Shown here one piece after another: positions 8,103 through 17,850 of a stretch of 64,000 nucleotides of DNA (position 1 is its first letter; each line of letters begins with the position of its first letter). The notes under the pieces were generated by a model. The model was not told where the DNA came from. It saw nothing but the letters and a program-made list of their open reading frames with translations, and searched no databases. Source of the DNA: an uncultured Porphyromonadaceae bacterium. GTDB taxonomy: Bacteria; Bacteroidota; Bacteroidia; Bacteroidales; Muribaculaceae. Made by a program: the position numbers and the translations under genes. Location: NCBI GenBank assembly GCA_947177615.1, contig CAMWUY010000001.1, forward strand, positions 12,828-76,827, given 5' to 3'.

Positions 8103-9686
8103 TTAATAGTCAAAGTCACCATACACAGTGTCCTCAGAGTCAATAGTGGTGACAATCTCAGTCGAAGCAGTTTTATATTGAGTGTAATATTGGCTCAGAT
8201 AGTATATCATAGCATAGTCAAAGCAGTCTGAGAAATGGCCCCATCGCTCAACCCGCTCTCCATTATCATTGAGGACTTTCTTCTTTTCCTTAGTGCCATC
8301 GGGATTCTTTTTCTGATATACAAAATCCTCAATCAGTCTATGACAACGTGCATCTATACACACTCTCCAGTCCTTGAAATTTTGTAATAATTCATTGATA
8401 AATTCAAGTCTGGTAATCATTGCCGGCTGTTTACTCAAAAGTTGGATTTTGGGCTTCAGCACAGCATTTGTCATATTCTTATTGGCTATTGTGAAGTTAT
8501 TAACCCCCTCTTCAGTCTGAGTTGAACGAGAAAGTCCGGCTGGATCTCCAGTCAATAACACGCCACCAATATGCCCATCTGTCACAAGCTGAGAAGCAAT
8601 CCAACGTGTAAATGCCGGAGTGTTGTTCCTTTTGTCTTTTGGATATCCGACATATTCAGGAAAGACATACACCACTTTGTTGTCAAAATCAATCTGGATG
8701 GGGAGGCAGCTCATATATGGATTGACATTGAAGTCAAAACTGAGAATGAGTGGCTTCATTGGGTCATAAGCCTGCTCCCGGAGATTATGCACAAGGTGCT
8801 TATCACCATCAAAATTCCAGTATGCCGCCATTTTATTGCTGGTAGTGAATAACCAGTTACCATAAAGCAGACGATCTCGGTCAGCTTTATTACGGAGTTT
8901 ACTCAGCTTATTGTAATAAATGGCTCGGAAAGATTCATTAGGATTATCAAATAGACTGAACGGAATATAACGGTAGCCGGATTGCAATTCTACTGGTTCT
9001 CCATCATCAGTCATTACAAATGTAGAACGCACCCACGTCAAGCAGGGGTTGGTTGACATAAATAGTTTGCCAACAATGAAGGTTTCCGCTATCTTATAAC
9101 GAATACGAGAAGCCAATACCTCCACAGCCTTCTCAGAAACCTCAGAGACCTCATCTATAAAGCCGCCAGTGATTTCCAAAGAACCAAGTGAGTTGAAGTC
9201 CGGGTCTTGTGGGCTGGGGGTCAAATCCATCGCTATGATTTCAGAGCCATTCCAGAACGTGATAACATAAGTTACGTTATTGACATGGTAATGAATATCT
9301 TTCTTTAACCCCCATGAATTGAGAACATCATTCAATGTTTTCCATGTGGTTTCCAAAAGAGTCTTTCGGACTTTACGGGCCACAACCATACGAATACCGG
9401 GGAACTGAATACAACTGCATACCAGCCAGCAACAACCTATATAAGATTTTCCACCTCCGGCAGAGCCTCCACCTAAAACTTGTTCTGGAATATCTGTGTT
9501 ACCGCATTGCACACAAGTTGCACGATAAACTTGATGACCTTTGCTATCGAATCCATTTGGCCGCATAGCGAGTTTGCCCCCACACTTATCACAATGATTA
9601 GGTTGTAGGGCGTTCCAAAGCTCATATTGTCTCGCGGACGGTTTGAATGTTATTTTGAGACCTCTCGGTTTTTCCAATCTTGCCAT
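8103..9686 (-). CDS. terL: terminase large subunit
   Basis: Walker A GGGSAGGGKS, Walker B FIDE, STNP coupling motif, nuclease residues SFDFN, GDPAG and HFSDCFDY; start MARLEK at 9686. Confidence 0.9.
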   Translation of the reverse strand: MARLEKPRGLKITFKPSARQYELWNALQPNHCDKCGGKLAMRPNGFDSKGHQVYRATCVQCGNTDIPEQVLGGGSAGGGKSYIGCCWLVCSCIQFPGIRMVVARKVRKTLLETTWKTLNDVLNSWGLKKDIHYHVNNVTYVITFWNGSEIIAMDLTPSPQDPDFNSLGSLEITGGFIDEVSEVSEKAVEVLASRIRYKIAETFIVGKLFMSTNPCLTWVRSTFVMTDDGEPVELQSGYRYIPFSLFDNPNESFRAIYYNKLSKLRNKADRDRLLYGNWLFTTSNKMAAYWNFDGDKHLVHNLREQAYDPMKPLILSFDFNVNPYMSCLPIQIDFDNKVVYVFPEYVGYPKDKRNNTPAFTRWIASQLVTDGHIGGVLLTGDPAGLSRSTQTEEGVNNFTIANKNMTNAVLKPKIQLLSKQPAMITRLEFINELLQNFKDWRVCIDARCHRLIEDFVYQKKNPDGTKEKKKVLNDNGERVERWGHFSDCFDYAMIYYLSQYYTQYKTASTEIVTTIDSEDTVYGDFDY

Positions 9687-9784
9687 TAATAAACATCTTT
9701 TTCCAAATAATAGTCCAATAAAAAAGAAAGCCATGTTGTAATAAACTTTACGACACAGCTTTCTTAGGACTTTTATAGTTTTAA

Positions 9785-10372
9785 TCAATGAGGGGCACTC
9801 ACTTCGACTGGAGTTGATTTATTGAGGTCTTCCAACGGCATATATTTGATCGGAATTGATTGCTGAGGTTCACGCCGACCGCACTTTTCAGGATCACATT
9901 TTTCATTACCAAACTCCCTACGGCAAAACCATAGCTTGAAAAAATCACGTTCTCGCTCTAAATCGGCTATCCTTTTAGTATAGAGTATCTCTTGTTGAGT
10001 TTTAATCAATAAGTCGCGCTGCACAGAGCGTAGATAGGTGGTCTGATTAGTAAAACGCTCCTCCCAATCTTTGATGTCCTGTTGATGACGATCTTCTTTC
10101 TCGGCATTCATCCTGAGCAATTCATTGATACGCTCATCTTTGAACTTAACATGCTCACGCTCGGCTTCAAGCTGTTCCTTCCAGATATTCCACTCATCGG
10201 CCTTGCTCTCCATCTTGGCCTTCTCCACATTGACCTCAGCGAGAGCCACCTCTGTATCCTTGAGCTTCTTGTTCTGTTTGCGGTATTTCCACCAGCCGGC
10301 GCCAAGTATCGGAGTGATGATTCCGACAATCGTTCCGAGCATCGTGGTGATTTCTGTTATATCCATAATCAT
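9785..10372 (-). CDS. putative holin / membrane coiled-coil lysis protein
   Basis: One N-terminal TM helix then a coiled coil; adjacent to the endolysin. Confidence 0.5.
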   Translation of the reverse strand: MIMDITEITTMLGTIVGIITPILGAGWWKYRKQNKKLKDTEVALAEVNVEKAKMESKADEWNIWKEQLEAEREHVKFKDERINELLRMNAEKEDRHQQDIKDWEERFTNQTTYLRSVQRDLLIKTQQEILYTKRIADLERERDFFKLWFCRREFGNEKCDPEKCGRREPQQSIPIKYMPLEDLNKSTPVEVSAPH

Positions 10373-10501
10373 AACTTCATTATTTAGCGATACTCAGTTA
10401 TTTATTGTCTTGACATTTAATATTATGCAATTTATCAACTGCATTTTTACCAATCTGTTTCAAATCTTTTGGAGTGATTGGTTTTGAAATTTCAGTTTTC
10501 A

Positions 10502-11098
10502 TCATTCGATTATATCTATGGTTCGTAAATTGATAATTTCAGCTTTAGGATTATGATTGATTACCTTAATACCCTTCTGCTCCTTCCATTTAATCAATCC
10601 GAACAACCATGAATGTTTCTTCTGAATATTGAATATCGTTAGACTGTCGCGGACTTCATAATCAATGATTGTATTTCTGTTCGGCAGAACTTCAACGTCT
10701 ATATCTACAAACGCATCTTCCAATTTAGCCTTAATGCCACCGAATGAATCAACCACTGCAATCACAGTATCGACGCTATGAACTACACTTACGACTTCAG
10801 TCACATTATTGACATCCTTGGACTTTGTTTTGGAAGCGGCCAGAAGTTTATCATATCTTGCCTGAAGATTGCTTTGAGTAAAATGCAGGTTCTTAACCTC
10901 AGCTTGATATACAGAAATCGAATCATTGAGTCTGATTTTAGTATATTTGATTTCCTGATCCAGATCGCTTATCGTAGCTTCCAGAGTGTTAGCCTTTTGC
11001 TGATATTTAGTGACCTGACTGTGTGTCTGCCACAAAAGGAAGCAGAGAACTCCTATAACCGCATATAGGCCAAATTTATTTAATATTATTTTCCACAT
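10502..11098 (-). CDS. putative Rz-like inner-membrane spanin
   Basis: N-terminal TM, coiled coil, C-terminal WLFG...NP; directly downstream of the endolysin. Confidence 0.55.
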   Translation of the reverse strand: MWKIILNKFGLYAVIGVLCFLLWQTHSQVTKYQQKANTLEATISDLDQEIKYTKIRLNDSISVYQAEVKNLHFTQSNLQARYDKLLAASKTKSKDVNNVTEVVSVVHSVDTVIAVVDSFGGIKAKLEDAFVDIDVEVLPNRNTIIDYEVRDSLTIFNIQKKHSWLFGLIKWKEQKGIKVINHNPKAEIINLRTIDIIE

Positions 11099-11108
11099 AT
11101 TTATAAAC

Positions 11109-11738
11109 TTAAAGTGTTGAATATTCTGTCTTTACTTCAAAGCAAGGACACGCTTTGTTTGCAAACTCTTTGTGGCCATGAATTGTGGCATTCGGATATA
11201 ACTTTTTCAGGTCCTTCAAGAGTTTGAGCAAAGCCTTCTTCTGGGCCTCTGTACGAGTATCTTTCGGCCTGGTGCTCCCAGCCTCCCGACCGCCAATATA
11301 GCATATACCAATGCTAATGGTATTATGGTTGGTACAGTGAGCGCCGGCAATATTGATGTCTCGGCCCAAATGAACAGAGCCATCTCGATATATCACATAG
11401 TGATAACCTATATCTGAGAAGTTTCGAGCTTTATGCCATGCACGAATGTCCGCTACCGTAAAGTCTTTTCCTTCCGGGGTATCAGAACAGTGGATTATTA
11501 TCTCTTTGATGTTGCGTTTGCTTTTAACGATTGAAACAACTCTTTTAGCCTCATTAGCTTCAATAATCGCCCAAGTTTTTGCACCAACAATTCCATCAGC
11601 CACTAAGCCATGACTTTTCTGAAACTCTTTTACAGCCTCTTCAGTCAAAGGCCCAAAAATTCCATCAGGCATTAAATGAAGATATGTCTGCAAATGCTTG
11701 ACATCATTGCCTCGACTACCTTTTCTTATCGTATTCAT
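11109..11738 (-). CDS. endolysin: peptidoglycan-binding domain + T7-type N-acetylmuramoyl-L-alanine amidase
   Basis: DGIFGP.TE.AVK.FQ..HGL.ADGIVG; IIIHCS, DIGYHYVI, GAH, SIGICYIGG, GH.E..KACPCF. Confidence 0.95.
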   Translation of the reverse strand: MNTIRKGSRGNDVKHLQTYLHLMPDGIFGPLTEEAVKEFQKSHGLVADGIVGAKTWAIIEANEAKRVVSIVKSKRNIKEIIIHCSDTPEGKDFTVADIRAWHKARNFSDIGYHYVIYRDGSVHLGRDINIAGAHCTNHNTISIGICYIGGREAGSTRPKDTRTEAQKKALLKLLKDLKKLYPNATIHGHKEFANKACPCFEVKTEYSTL

Positions 11739-11739
11739 A

Positions 11740-12000
11740 TTATAATATAGTTGATTTTAATATACTTAAAGTTCTCATTTTATTTATGATGTCAGGCCCC
11801 TCAACAGAACTAATGGGGATGTAAAAATTCCTGATACGTCTCATTACTTTTACATCCACATACACTCCAGTCAAATTACCACCAGTAAATAAAATACGAG
11901 TTATAGTACCCGTTCTATTAGTCAAAAGGCTATTGCCATTTTGCTCCAGTTTTTTTGAATATCGGATTGTAATCTGGTCCCCGACTTTTAGTTTATTCAT
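11740..12000 (-). CDS. small SH3/KOW-like hypothetical protein
   Basis: LKVGDQI...TGTITRI. Confidence 0.55.
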   Translation of the reverse strand: MNKLKVGDQITIRYSKKLEQNGNSLLTNRTGTITRILFTGGNLTGVYVDVKVMRRIRNFYIPISSVEGPDIINKMRTLSILKSTIL

Positions 12001-12037
12001 TTCTTGATAAGGGCTATGACTCTAATGATAAAAATGA

Positions 12038-12580
12038 TTACTCAATAACTTTGTCAATCCCATTTTCCTTATTGGCCTCCGGCACAATCAGGTTGAATGT
12101 AATGCCATCGCCATCAGCGCCTTCCAGCATAACCTTATGAGCAATATCTTCCTTGATACCATACATATCGGTCAGTTTGCTGATTGCATTAACAGCAACA
12201 GAACGTAGAGCCGCCGGCGACTGAGTGTTGCCCCAGCGGTCAACTACCATAAGAGTAGAGCACTCATCGGCAATTTTCAGCAGAGTTTCTGTAAGTCGGG
12301 GTCGTAATGTTGTCGCATCAACTAATGTCTCACTTTTAAGCTGGTCGATACGATCCCTGATGTCATCTCGCAGCATAAGCTGCCTAACGGCAATGGCGAC
12401 ATCAACCTCTTTCTTAGTATGCTCTTCTATCCCATTCTTTGAAGGATCAAAGAGCATACCTGTATTCCCATTGAATACAAGGTCAAAGGTTTTGCGCGCA
12501 TTGCCGTTATATGGAGAAGGCCCGCAGGCAAATACCAGGCAGAACTTCTCTTCTTGGTCTGTGAGCTTTATATTTTTCAT
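12038..12580 (-). CDS. terminase small subunit-like protein
   Basis: LTDQEEKFC..F....GNA N-terminal HTH typical of TerS; ~180 aa. Confidence 0.6.
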   Translation of the reverse strand: MKNIKLTDQEEKFCLVFACGPSPYNGNARKTFDLVFNGNTGMLFDPSKNGIEEHTKKEVDVAIAVRQLMLRDDIRDRIDQLKSETLVDATTLRPRLTETLLKIADECSTLMVVDRWGNTQSPAALRSVAVNAISKLTDMYGIKEDIAHKVMLEGADGDGITFNLIVPEANKENGIDKVIE

Positions 12581-12644
12581 TATCTATATTGAATAATTGT
12601 TCCTTTATAGATAATAGAAAACTTGCTCACTAAAGCTCAATATC

Positions 12645-13163
12645 TCATTTCTGGGAAGAGTTATTACGCAGGTTTTGATTCATAATTTGGTGTCTGAAGA
12701 GTTTTACAAGACCCTGCAAACATTGTTCAATTCGCTCCATCGTATTGAGCTCTGCCATATTGAAATTGAATTGCAAAGCATAGCCTCCGATGTAAGCGAG
12801 TACCTTCCCGGTTTTTTCATCACTGATCTGACAGATGTTGTAATCCTCTCTATCCCGAAACATTAATATTCCAGTTGTAATAGAGTCAATATAGGCTTCC
12901 GGCATACCATTCTCATCAATCAACTGAATAGGGGTTGGATGACTGACACGTTTCATCTGAACAACCTGATTCCGATTGACATTGACGGTATCGGCTTTCA
13001 CGTCTATCTTTTTTTCTTGCTGAAACTTCGGCGGTGTGGTGTTCCCATCCGCTTTAGTTTGCACCACATCTTTATGCACATTTGCATTTACGGCCTGTGC
13101 TACTGCATCACTGGCCGGTTTCATCGTTCCAGTGGCTTTATCAAATTTGAACTCTGTTTTCAT
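12645..13163 (-). CDS. hypothetical protein
   Basis: Last gene of the replication operon. Confidence 0.65.
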   Translation of the reverse strand: MKTEFKFDKATGTMKPASDAVAQAVNANVHKDVVQTKADGNTTPPKFQQEKKIDVKADTVNVNRNQVVQMKRVSHPTPIQLIDENGMPEAYIDSITTGILMFRDREDYNICQISDEKTGKVLAYIGGYALQFNFNMAELNTMERIEQCLQGLVKLFRHQIMNQNLRNNSSQK

Positions 13164-13165
13164 AA

Positions 13166-13951
13166 TTATATCTTGAAATGATCCCTAAGTTTCTCTCGTT
13201 TTTCAGCAGTTAAACCTCCGACTTCAGTACCGCCACCAGCAGACTGTGAACGCATCCTTGCAGTGAGCACTCTTACGATTTCTCTGGTGGCAGTCACATC
13301 AGCGTCTGCATCGTGAGCGTCATCCAGATCAATGCCCAGACGTTCTGCCATAGCCTCCAATTTCCAAGTAGTGATACTCTTGTCATTATCAAAAGTGAGC
13401 TGAGAAAGGAGGATTGTGTCAAGTTGAGTGGGCTGGAAGTTACCCCAGAAATCCTTGGCTCCCCGGACAAGTTTGATAAATCTTGCCCAGACTCCAGTAT
13501 AAAGCATAATCTGCTGCATAAATCCATTATCAAATAACGGATTCTGACCGATCATAAACGGCTTGTTTGAAGCCACCACTGGAAAGGTGTTTCTTTCAAT
13601 GAAGTCGCAGATCTCATTACATACATCCTCCAATGGCTTGCCTTGCTTGTAAAGCAAATCCATAGTAATGCCGCTTATATCCAAAGCTGTGGAGCCATAC
13701 TCCATCAACTCTTCCTCTTCTTCAGCATCGTACTTGTTTTTAAGCACTTTTCTTTTAGGCTTACCGATGTCTGCTTTCTTACTGTAAGGATAGATATAAG
13801 AATTGTACTTGTCTATCACCTCAAAGGTGTCGAGACGAACTGCATGAAGTGATATTTGAGTAGCGGCACTCCTGGTACAGTCAAGACCGCCGGTTTCAAA
13901 GTCATAAAATATTCCGACAATGATATTGCCTTTTTCAACTGGTGCTGCCAT
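13166..13951 (-). CDS. dnaQ: DEDDh 3'-5' exonuclease (Pol III epsilon-like)
   Basis: YDFETGGL, GQN..FD, LDT, AHDA.ADV. Confidence 0.9.
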   Translation of the reverse strand: MAAPVEKGNIIVGIFYDFETGGLDCTRSAATQISLHAVRLDTFEVIDKYNSYIYPYSKKADIGKPKRKVLKNKYDAEEEEELMEYGSTALDISGITMDLLYKQGKPLEDVCNEICDFIERNTFPVVASNKPFMIGQNPLFDNGFMQQIMLYTGVWARFIKLVRGAKDFWGNFQPTQLDTILLSQLTFDNDKSITTWKLEAMAERLGIDLDDAHDADADVTATREIVRVLTARMRSQSAGGGTEVGGLTAEKREKLRDHFKI

Positions 13952-13952
13952 A

Positions 13953-14852
13953 TTATTTATTTTTAATCTCTTCGTAAATGCGTTCTATTTCCTTAAATAG
14001 CTCTGCCTTTTTGCCATTGTTGACAATCACATAATCGTAATCCTCATCATTGAGGTTACGACGCTCATCTCGACGGAGCCGGGTCTCATCAATCCCAGAT
14101 TTACGACGTAAAGCCTTATCTCGCTTTATCAGCACAGTATGAATATCATAAACTTCTCCGAAGTCATTACGCAGATTCTCCAGCCCCTTTTCATCAATCA
14201 CATAAACAGTGCATGGGCCAAAGACTTGCCACCTGGTAGCATAGTAATAATATCCACCAAAATGAGCATAAGCAATCAACTCCATTTTGTCTGGAACGAT
14301 GTCAATGAAATGATGATCACGCCCCTCCACTTCCGTCGGTCTGGGAGGTCTGGTTGTAAAGGAGCAAATCACATTTGCCTCTTTATGGTATTTTAGGTGT
14401 AACGAGGCCAAGGTCTTACCACAGCCAGAACCACCTACAATACACATGATTTTTAATTTTTCCATATCTGTTTGTGGATTTAAGTATTGTTCTATTCGAT
14501 AGTTAAGAATCTCCTTCATCAGCATTTTGAGTCTGGTAGGTGTGACCCGACCACGCTTTCGACTGCTTTTAGATGATGTCTGCAAATTGCGTTTTATCAT
14601 ATTGACTTGTACTTGCTGGGGGTCTCTCCAATGATACCAGGCAATCGCATCACCATTCTCATCAAAGAGATTAGGCATGATAAAATTCTCAATCTTATCA
14701 TGGTAGATGGTAAGGTCACGAGCCTTGGCAATAGCGGCCTGAATACGGTACCAGCCTCTATAACTGGTACCGGCACATTCAAGCCTGAATTTGCGAAGTT
14801 GCTCTTGAACCTGACCGTCCAACTCTTCGCGTATGTCAATTAAAAAAGACAT
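13953..14852 (-). CDS. gmk: guanylate kinase-like protein with ~130 aa N-terminal extension
   Basis: GGSGCGKT, SFTTRPPRPTEVEGRDHHF, YDYVIVN. Confidence 0.8.
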   Translation of the reverse strand: MSFLIDIREELDGQVQEQLRKFRLECAGTSYRGWYRIQAAIAKARDLTIYHDKIENFIMPNLFDENGDAIAWYHWRDPQQVQVNMIKRNLQTSSKSSRKRGRVTPTRLKMLMKEILNYRIEQYLNPQTDMEKLKIMCIVGGSGCGKTLASLHLKYHKEANVICSFTTRPPRPTEVEGRDHHFIDIVPDKMELIAYAHFGGYYYYATRWQVFGPCTVYVIDEKGLENLRNDFGEVYDIHTVLIKRDKALRRKSGIDETRLRRDERRNLNDEDYDYVIVNNGKKAELFKEIERIYEEIKNK

Positions 14853-14853
14853 A

Positions 14854-17850
14854 TCAAATCAATTTTAAGAATGAGCTTTTACCGATTTGAAGAGTGTTCT
14901 TCTCATCATAATCACTCCATTTTATGTTAACCACAGCGACAATCATACGACCCTCTGCCTTCCTCAGCTCCTTTTTCCAAATATCCCAATCATCCCAGAT
15001 TGTTAGAATGTTGGTTTCGGTATTCTGCTGAAGCTCGATTTTACCGAAGTGCTTGGTCTCACCAGTTCGCCTATCCTTATAAGACCTATCAGTAACAGAG
15101 CAAATGGCAGCGCATATCACGCCCTTCCGAACCTCATAGAATATATTATTCAGTTCTGAGAACTCAATATACTTATAGGCCGATACGCTTTTAGGTTTCT
15201 CCAGATTGTCATATATTCTCTTATAGTCAATAGTTCCGTGACCAGATACGGCTATTTGCTGACGGCTCCACCAATAATGCTTATCACGCATATCTTCAGG
15301 AATATCTTTTTCAGTCAGCTTAAAGCCCAATAGACTGGCCGCACTCTCTAAGAGACCATATCGTTCTAATACTGAGCCGACATTTTCAATCTGGTCAAAC
15401 GCACCGGCAAAGATGAGGTTTCTGACACTTCTCGCTGTTACCGGACAACGCTCACGAACTTCTGCTGTACCTTCATCTTCAAAACTTTTGAACTTGCTCT
15501 TGAAAATACGTTTGATGAAGTCCTCCAGATTATAAAACTCACCATATAGGTTACGTTCCTGAACGATGTACTTTACAGCCTTTGGCCCCAACTGTTTGAT
15601 ACGCGATAACGACCAGTATATCACATTGTTTTTGAAATCGGCTGTAAAATTCTCACCTGAGATATTGATATTGGGCTTCTCCAGTTCGGTGCCTCCCACA
15701 GTCTTAATTTCATTCATCAAGACTGCCATTTTATCCTCATCTTGGTCTCGCAACACCACAGTGTAGAAGGCAGTCGGATAATATGTCTTTAACCACGCTC
15801 CGACATAAGCAGTCAGTCCATAAGCAGTAGCATGGGAATTACACGTCACCACGCCCTTACCAGTAAGGAAAGTATGATACGGATGCTCCATTTCCACATC
15901 ATATACAGCAGTGTTGCATAGGAACTCCACTGAAACAACTTGAACGACAGCAGTGCCTAAACCCTTACGACCCATTTTTACCCGGCCCATTTCATAATGA
16001 GCTTTCTTATGACAACTGGGGCAGAGTGTTCTGATGTTGGAATAATTTTCTCCGACATCAGAATGATCACCATTGACATGATGAATCTCCAGACGCTTTA
16101 GGCGCCGGCCACATTCTTCACAATGATCTTTTTTGAGGTGGTGCTTGTAATATTCAAGTTTAGTATAGTTGGAATCACGAGTCAGAAAGCCCTTATGCCC
16201 TTTTTGAACATTCAAAGTATGGCTTTCCACATGATCATTGGAGTGATAGCGGGTATTATTCAATCCCCCTTTATCTGTGAACCGATAAGAAGTATCTTCC
16301 TTGATCCAACCTACACGAATATACATAAAATCCTCTCCAGGGATCAATTCATCAGTGCGTTTCTGACCGTTTAACGTCGGGTGCTTATGGTTGTCTGTTA
16401 CATCTATGGTACTGCCATTAGCCAAAGTTATACGATAGACTGGCCGGACACCCTGATATCGTATATCTACAATTCGATTGATGACCAGTTTATCATCTTC
16501 ATTCAGAGACCAGCACGTTCCATAGCCATACTTGCGATACTTATTTCTAAGAGCAAGCCGACCGTTTTCCTTGGCCCACTGGTAATCATTCCTTGTACGC
16601 CACATATCCCCGATGTTAATCCGGGTGCCAGAACCTTTTTCCTTATGCCTGCCCCAAAGATATTCATGGCCGGCAATACAAGCATTGAACGAATACTTAG
16701 CCGCATCTTCAACATTGCTCCAGATTTGGTCGGCCGCCTCTTTAGGACAACCGTTTTGTTTTGCTCCGGCAAAGAATTTGTCCTGAAACTTACGCACCTT
16801 CTCCAGCTTCTTCTTACTCAAAGCCTTTACAAGATTCACACCGTCACCAAGGCTAAGTCCACCAACTTTCTGGGCCACACGCGAAATCTGCTCCTGATAC
16901 ACCATCTGAGCGAAGGTGTCTTTCAGGATCTCATAAGTACCCCAAAGATAAGTAGGCTCATATTCACCTCGCTTTGCCCGGACATAATTGTCAGCAGCAC
17001 CAGAATCCAGAGGCCCTGGACGGAACAGAGCAACCGAAGCAATCAAATCATTGATATTGTCCGGCGCAAGACGTTTGATAAATTTTGTAATACCCTCACC
17101 ACCCATCTGGAATACACCCTGAGTGTTTCCGTCACGGATGATCTTAAAAACCTTTTCATCATTCAGGTATTTCGAGGCTATTTCAAGAATATTATACTTG
17201 ACACCATACTCGCTTTCCACAAGATTGAGCGTATCAGAAAGTCTGGTAAGCTCCTTGATACCAAGCACGTCATTTTTCAAGATACCAATAGCATCAATAT
17301 CATTACCTGATATTTCGGACACAAGCAAATCTCCCATCTTTCTGATAGGAAGTAGGTCAAAGCACTCTACACGCTCTCCCTTGACATATTCAGGAGTGAT
17401 AATGAGCGCAGAAGCGTGAATACCAGCAGAACGTGCCTGACCCATAATCGGTAATATCTCTTCAAAGACATCAGGATATTTCTGAATGAAATCCCTCATG
17501 CGCTTATCGGTCGAGGCCATCTTCATCAGGTCAGTCCACGTCATATTATCATCCAGTATGGCTGTCAAATAATTAGTGGTAGCCTGAGATATTTTGTGGG
17601 TACGAGCCACATCCTTGATTACAGACTTAATCTTCTCAGTAGTAAATGTACCAGCAGAAAAGACACGCTGGAGGCCGTCTTTATTGTAACGTCTCTCCAG
17701 ATACGCCTTAACCTCATCACGACGCACCGCGCTAAAGTCGGAGTCAATATCTGGAAGAGAACCATGATTTCGTTTTACATATCCGTCACCGGCATAGCAA
17801 TCAGATACAAGTTGAGTGTCAGTCTTATGAGTTATGCGTTGGATTTTCAT
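14854..17850 (-). CDS. dnaE: DNA polymerase III alpha, C-terminal part (catalytic PDID, palm/fingers, HhH, OB), with intein
   Basis: SLPDIDSDF, GIHASA, KNDVLG, GVFQ, ALFRPGP, VYQEQI, YSFN/SHA.AY; likely start MKIQR at 17850. Confidence 0.92.
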   Translation of the reverse strand: MKIQRITHKTDTQLVSDCYAGDGYVKRNHGSLPDIDSDFSAVRRDEVKAYLERRYNKDGLQRVFSAGTFTTEKIKSVIKDVARTHKISQATTNYLTAILDDNMTWTDLMKMASTDKRMRDFIQKYPDVFEEILPIMGQARSAGIHASALIITPEYVKGERVECFDLLPIRKMGDLLVSEISGNDIDAIGILKNDVLGIKELTRLSDTLNLVESEYGVKYNILEIASKYLNDEKVFKIIRDGNTQGVFQMGGEGITKFIKRLAPDNINDLIASVALFRPGPLDSGAADNYVRAKRGEYEPTYLWGTYEILKDTFAQMVYQEQISRVAQKVGGLSLGDGVNLVKALSKKKLEKVRKFQDKFFAGAKQNGCPKEAADQIWSNVEDAAKYSFNACIAGHEYLWGRHKEKGSGTRINIGDMWRTRNDYQWAKENGRLALRNKYRKYGYGTCWSLNEDDKLVINRIVDIRYQGVRPVYRITLANGSTIDVTDNHKHPTLNGQKRTDELIPGEDFMYIRVGWIKEDTSYRFTDKGGLNNTRYHSNDHVESHTLNVQKGHKGFLTRDSNYTKLEYYKHHLKKDHCEECGRRLKRLEIHHVNGDHSDVGENYSNIRTLCPSCHKKAHYEMGRVKMGRKGLGTAVVQVVSVEFLCNTAVYDVEMEHPYHTFLTGKGVVTCNSHATAYGLTAYVGAWLKTYYPTAFYTVVLRDQDEDKMAVLMNEIKTVGGTELEKPNINISGENFTADFKNNVIYWSLSRIKQLGPKAVKYIVQERNLYGEFYNLEDFIKRIFKSKFKSFEDEGTAEVRERCPVTARSVRNLIFAGAFDQIENVGSVLERYGLLESAASLLGFKLTEKDIPEDMRDKHYWWSRQQIAVSGHGTIDYKRIYDNLEKPKSVSAYKYIEFSELNNIFYEVRKGVICAAICSVTDRSYKDRRTGETKHFGKIELQQNTETNILTIWDDWDIWKKELRKAEGRMIVAVVNIKWSDYDEKNTLQIGKSSFLKLI
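15838..16680 (-). mobile_element. intein (281 aa) with HNH endonuclease in DnaE
   Basis: YSFNA|CIAG..., block B VTDNH, HNH CEECG...IHHVNGDH...NIRTLCPSCHKKAH, block F VYDVEM..HTF, end VTCN|SHA. Confidence 0.92.

Noticed and set aside
16381-17310. 309-aa antisense ORF and other long antisense ORFs (27315+, 63251+, 52510+)
   Set aside because: Shadows of codon-biased genes on the opposite strand
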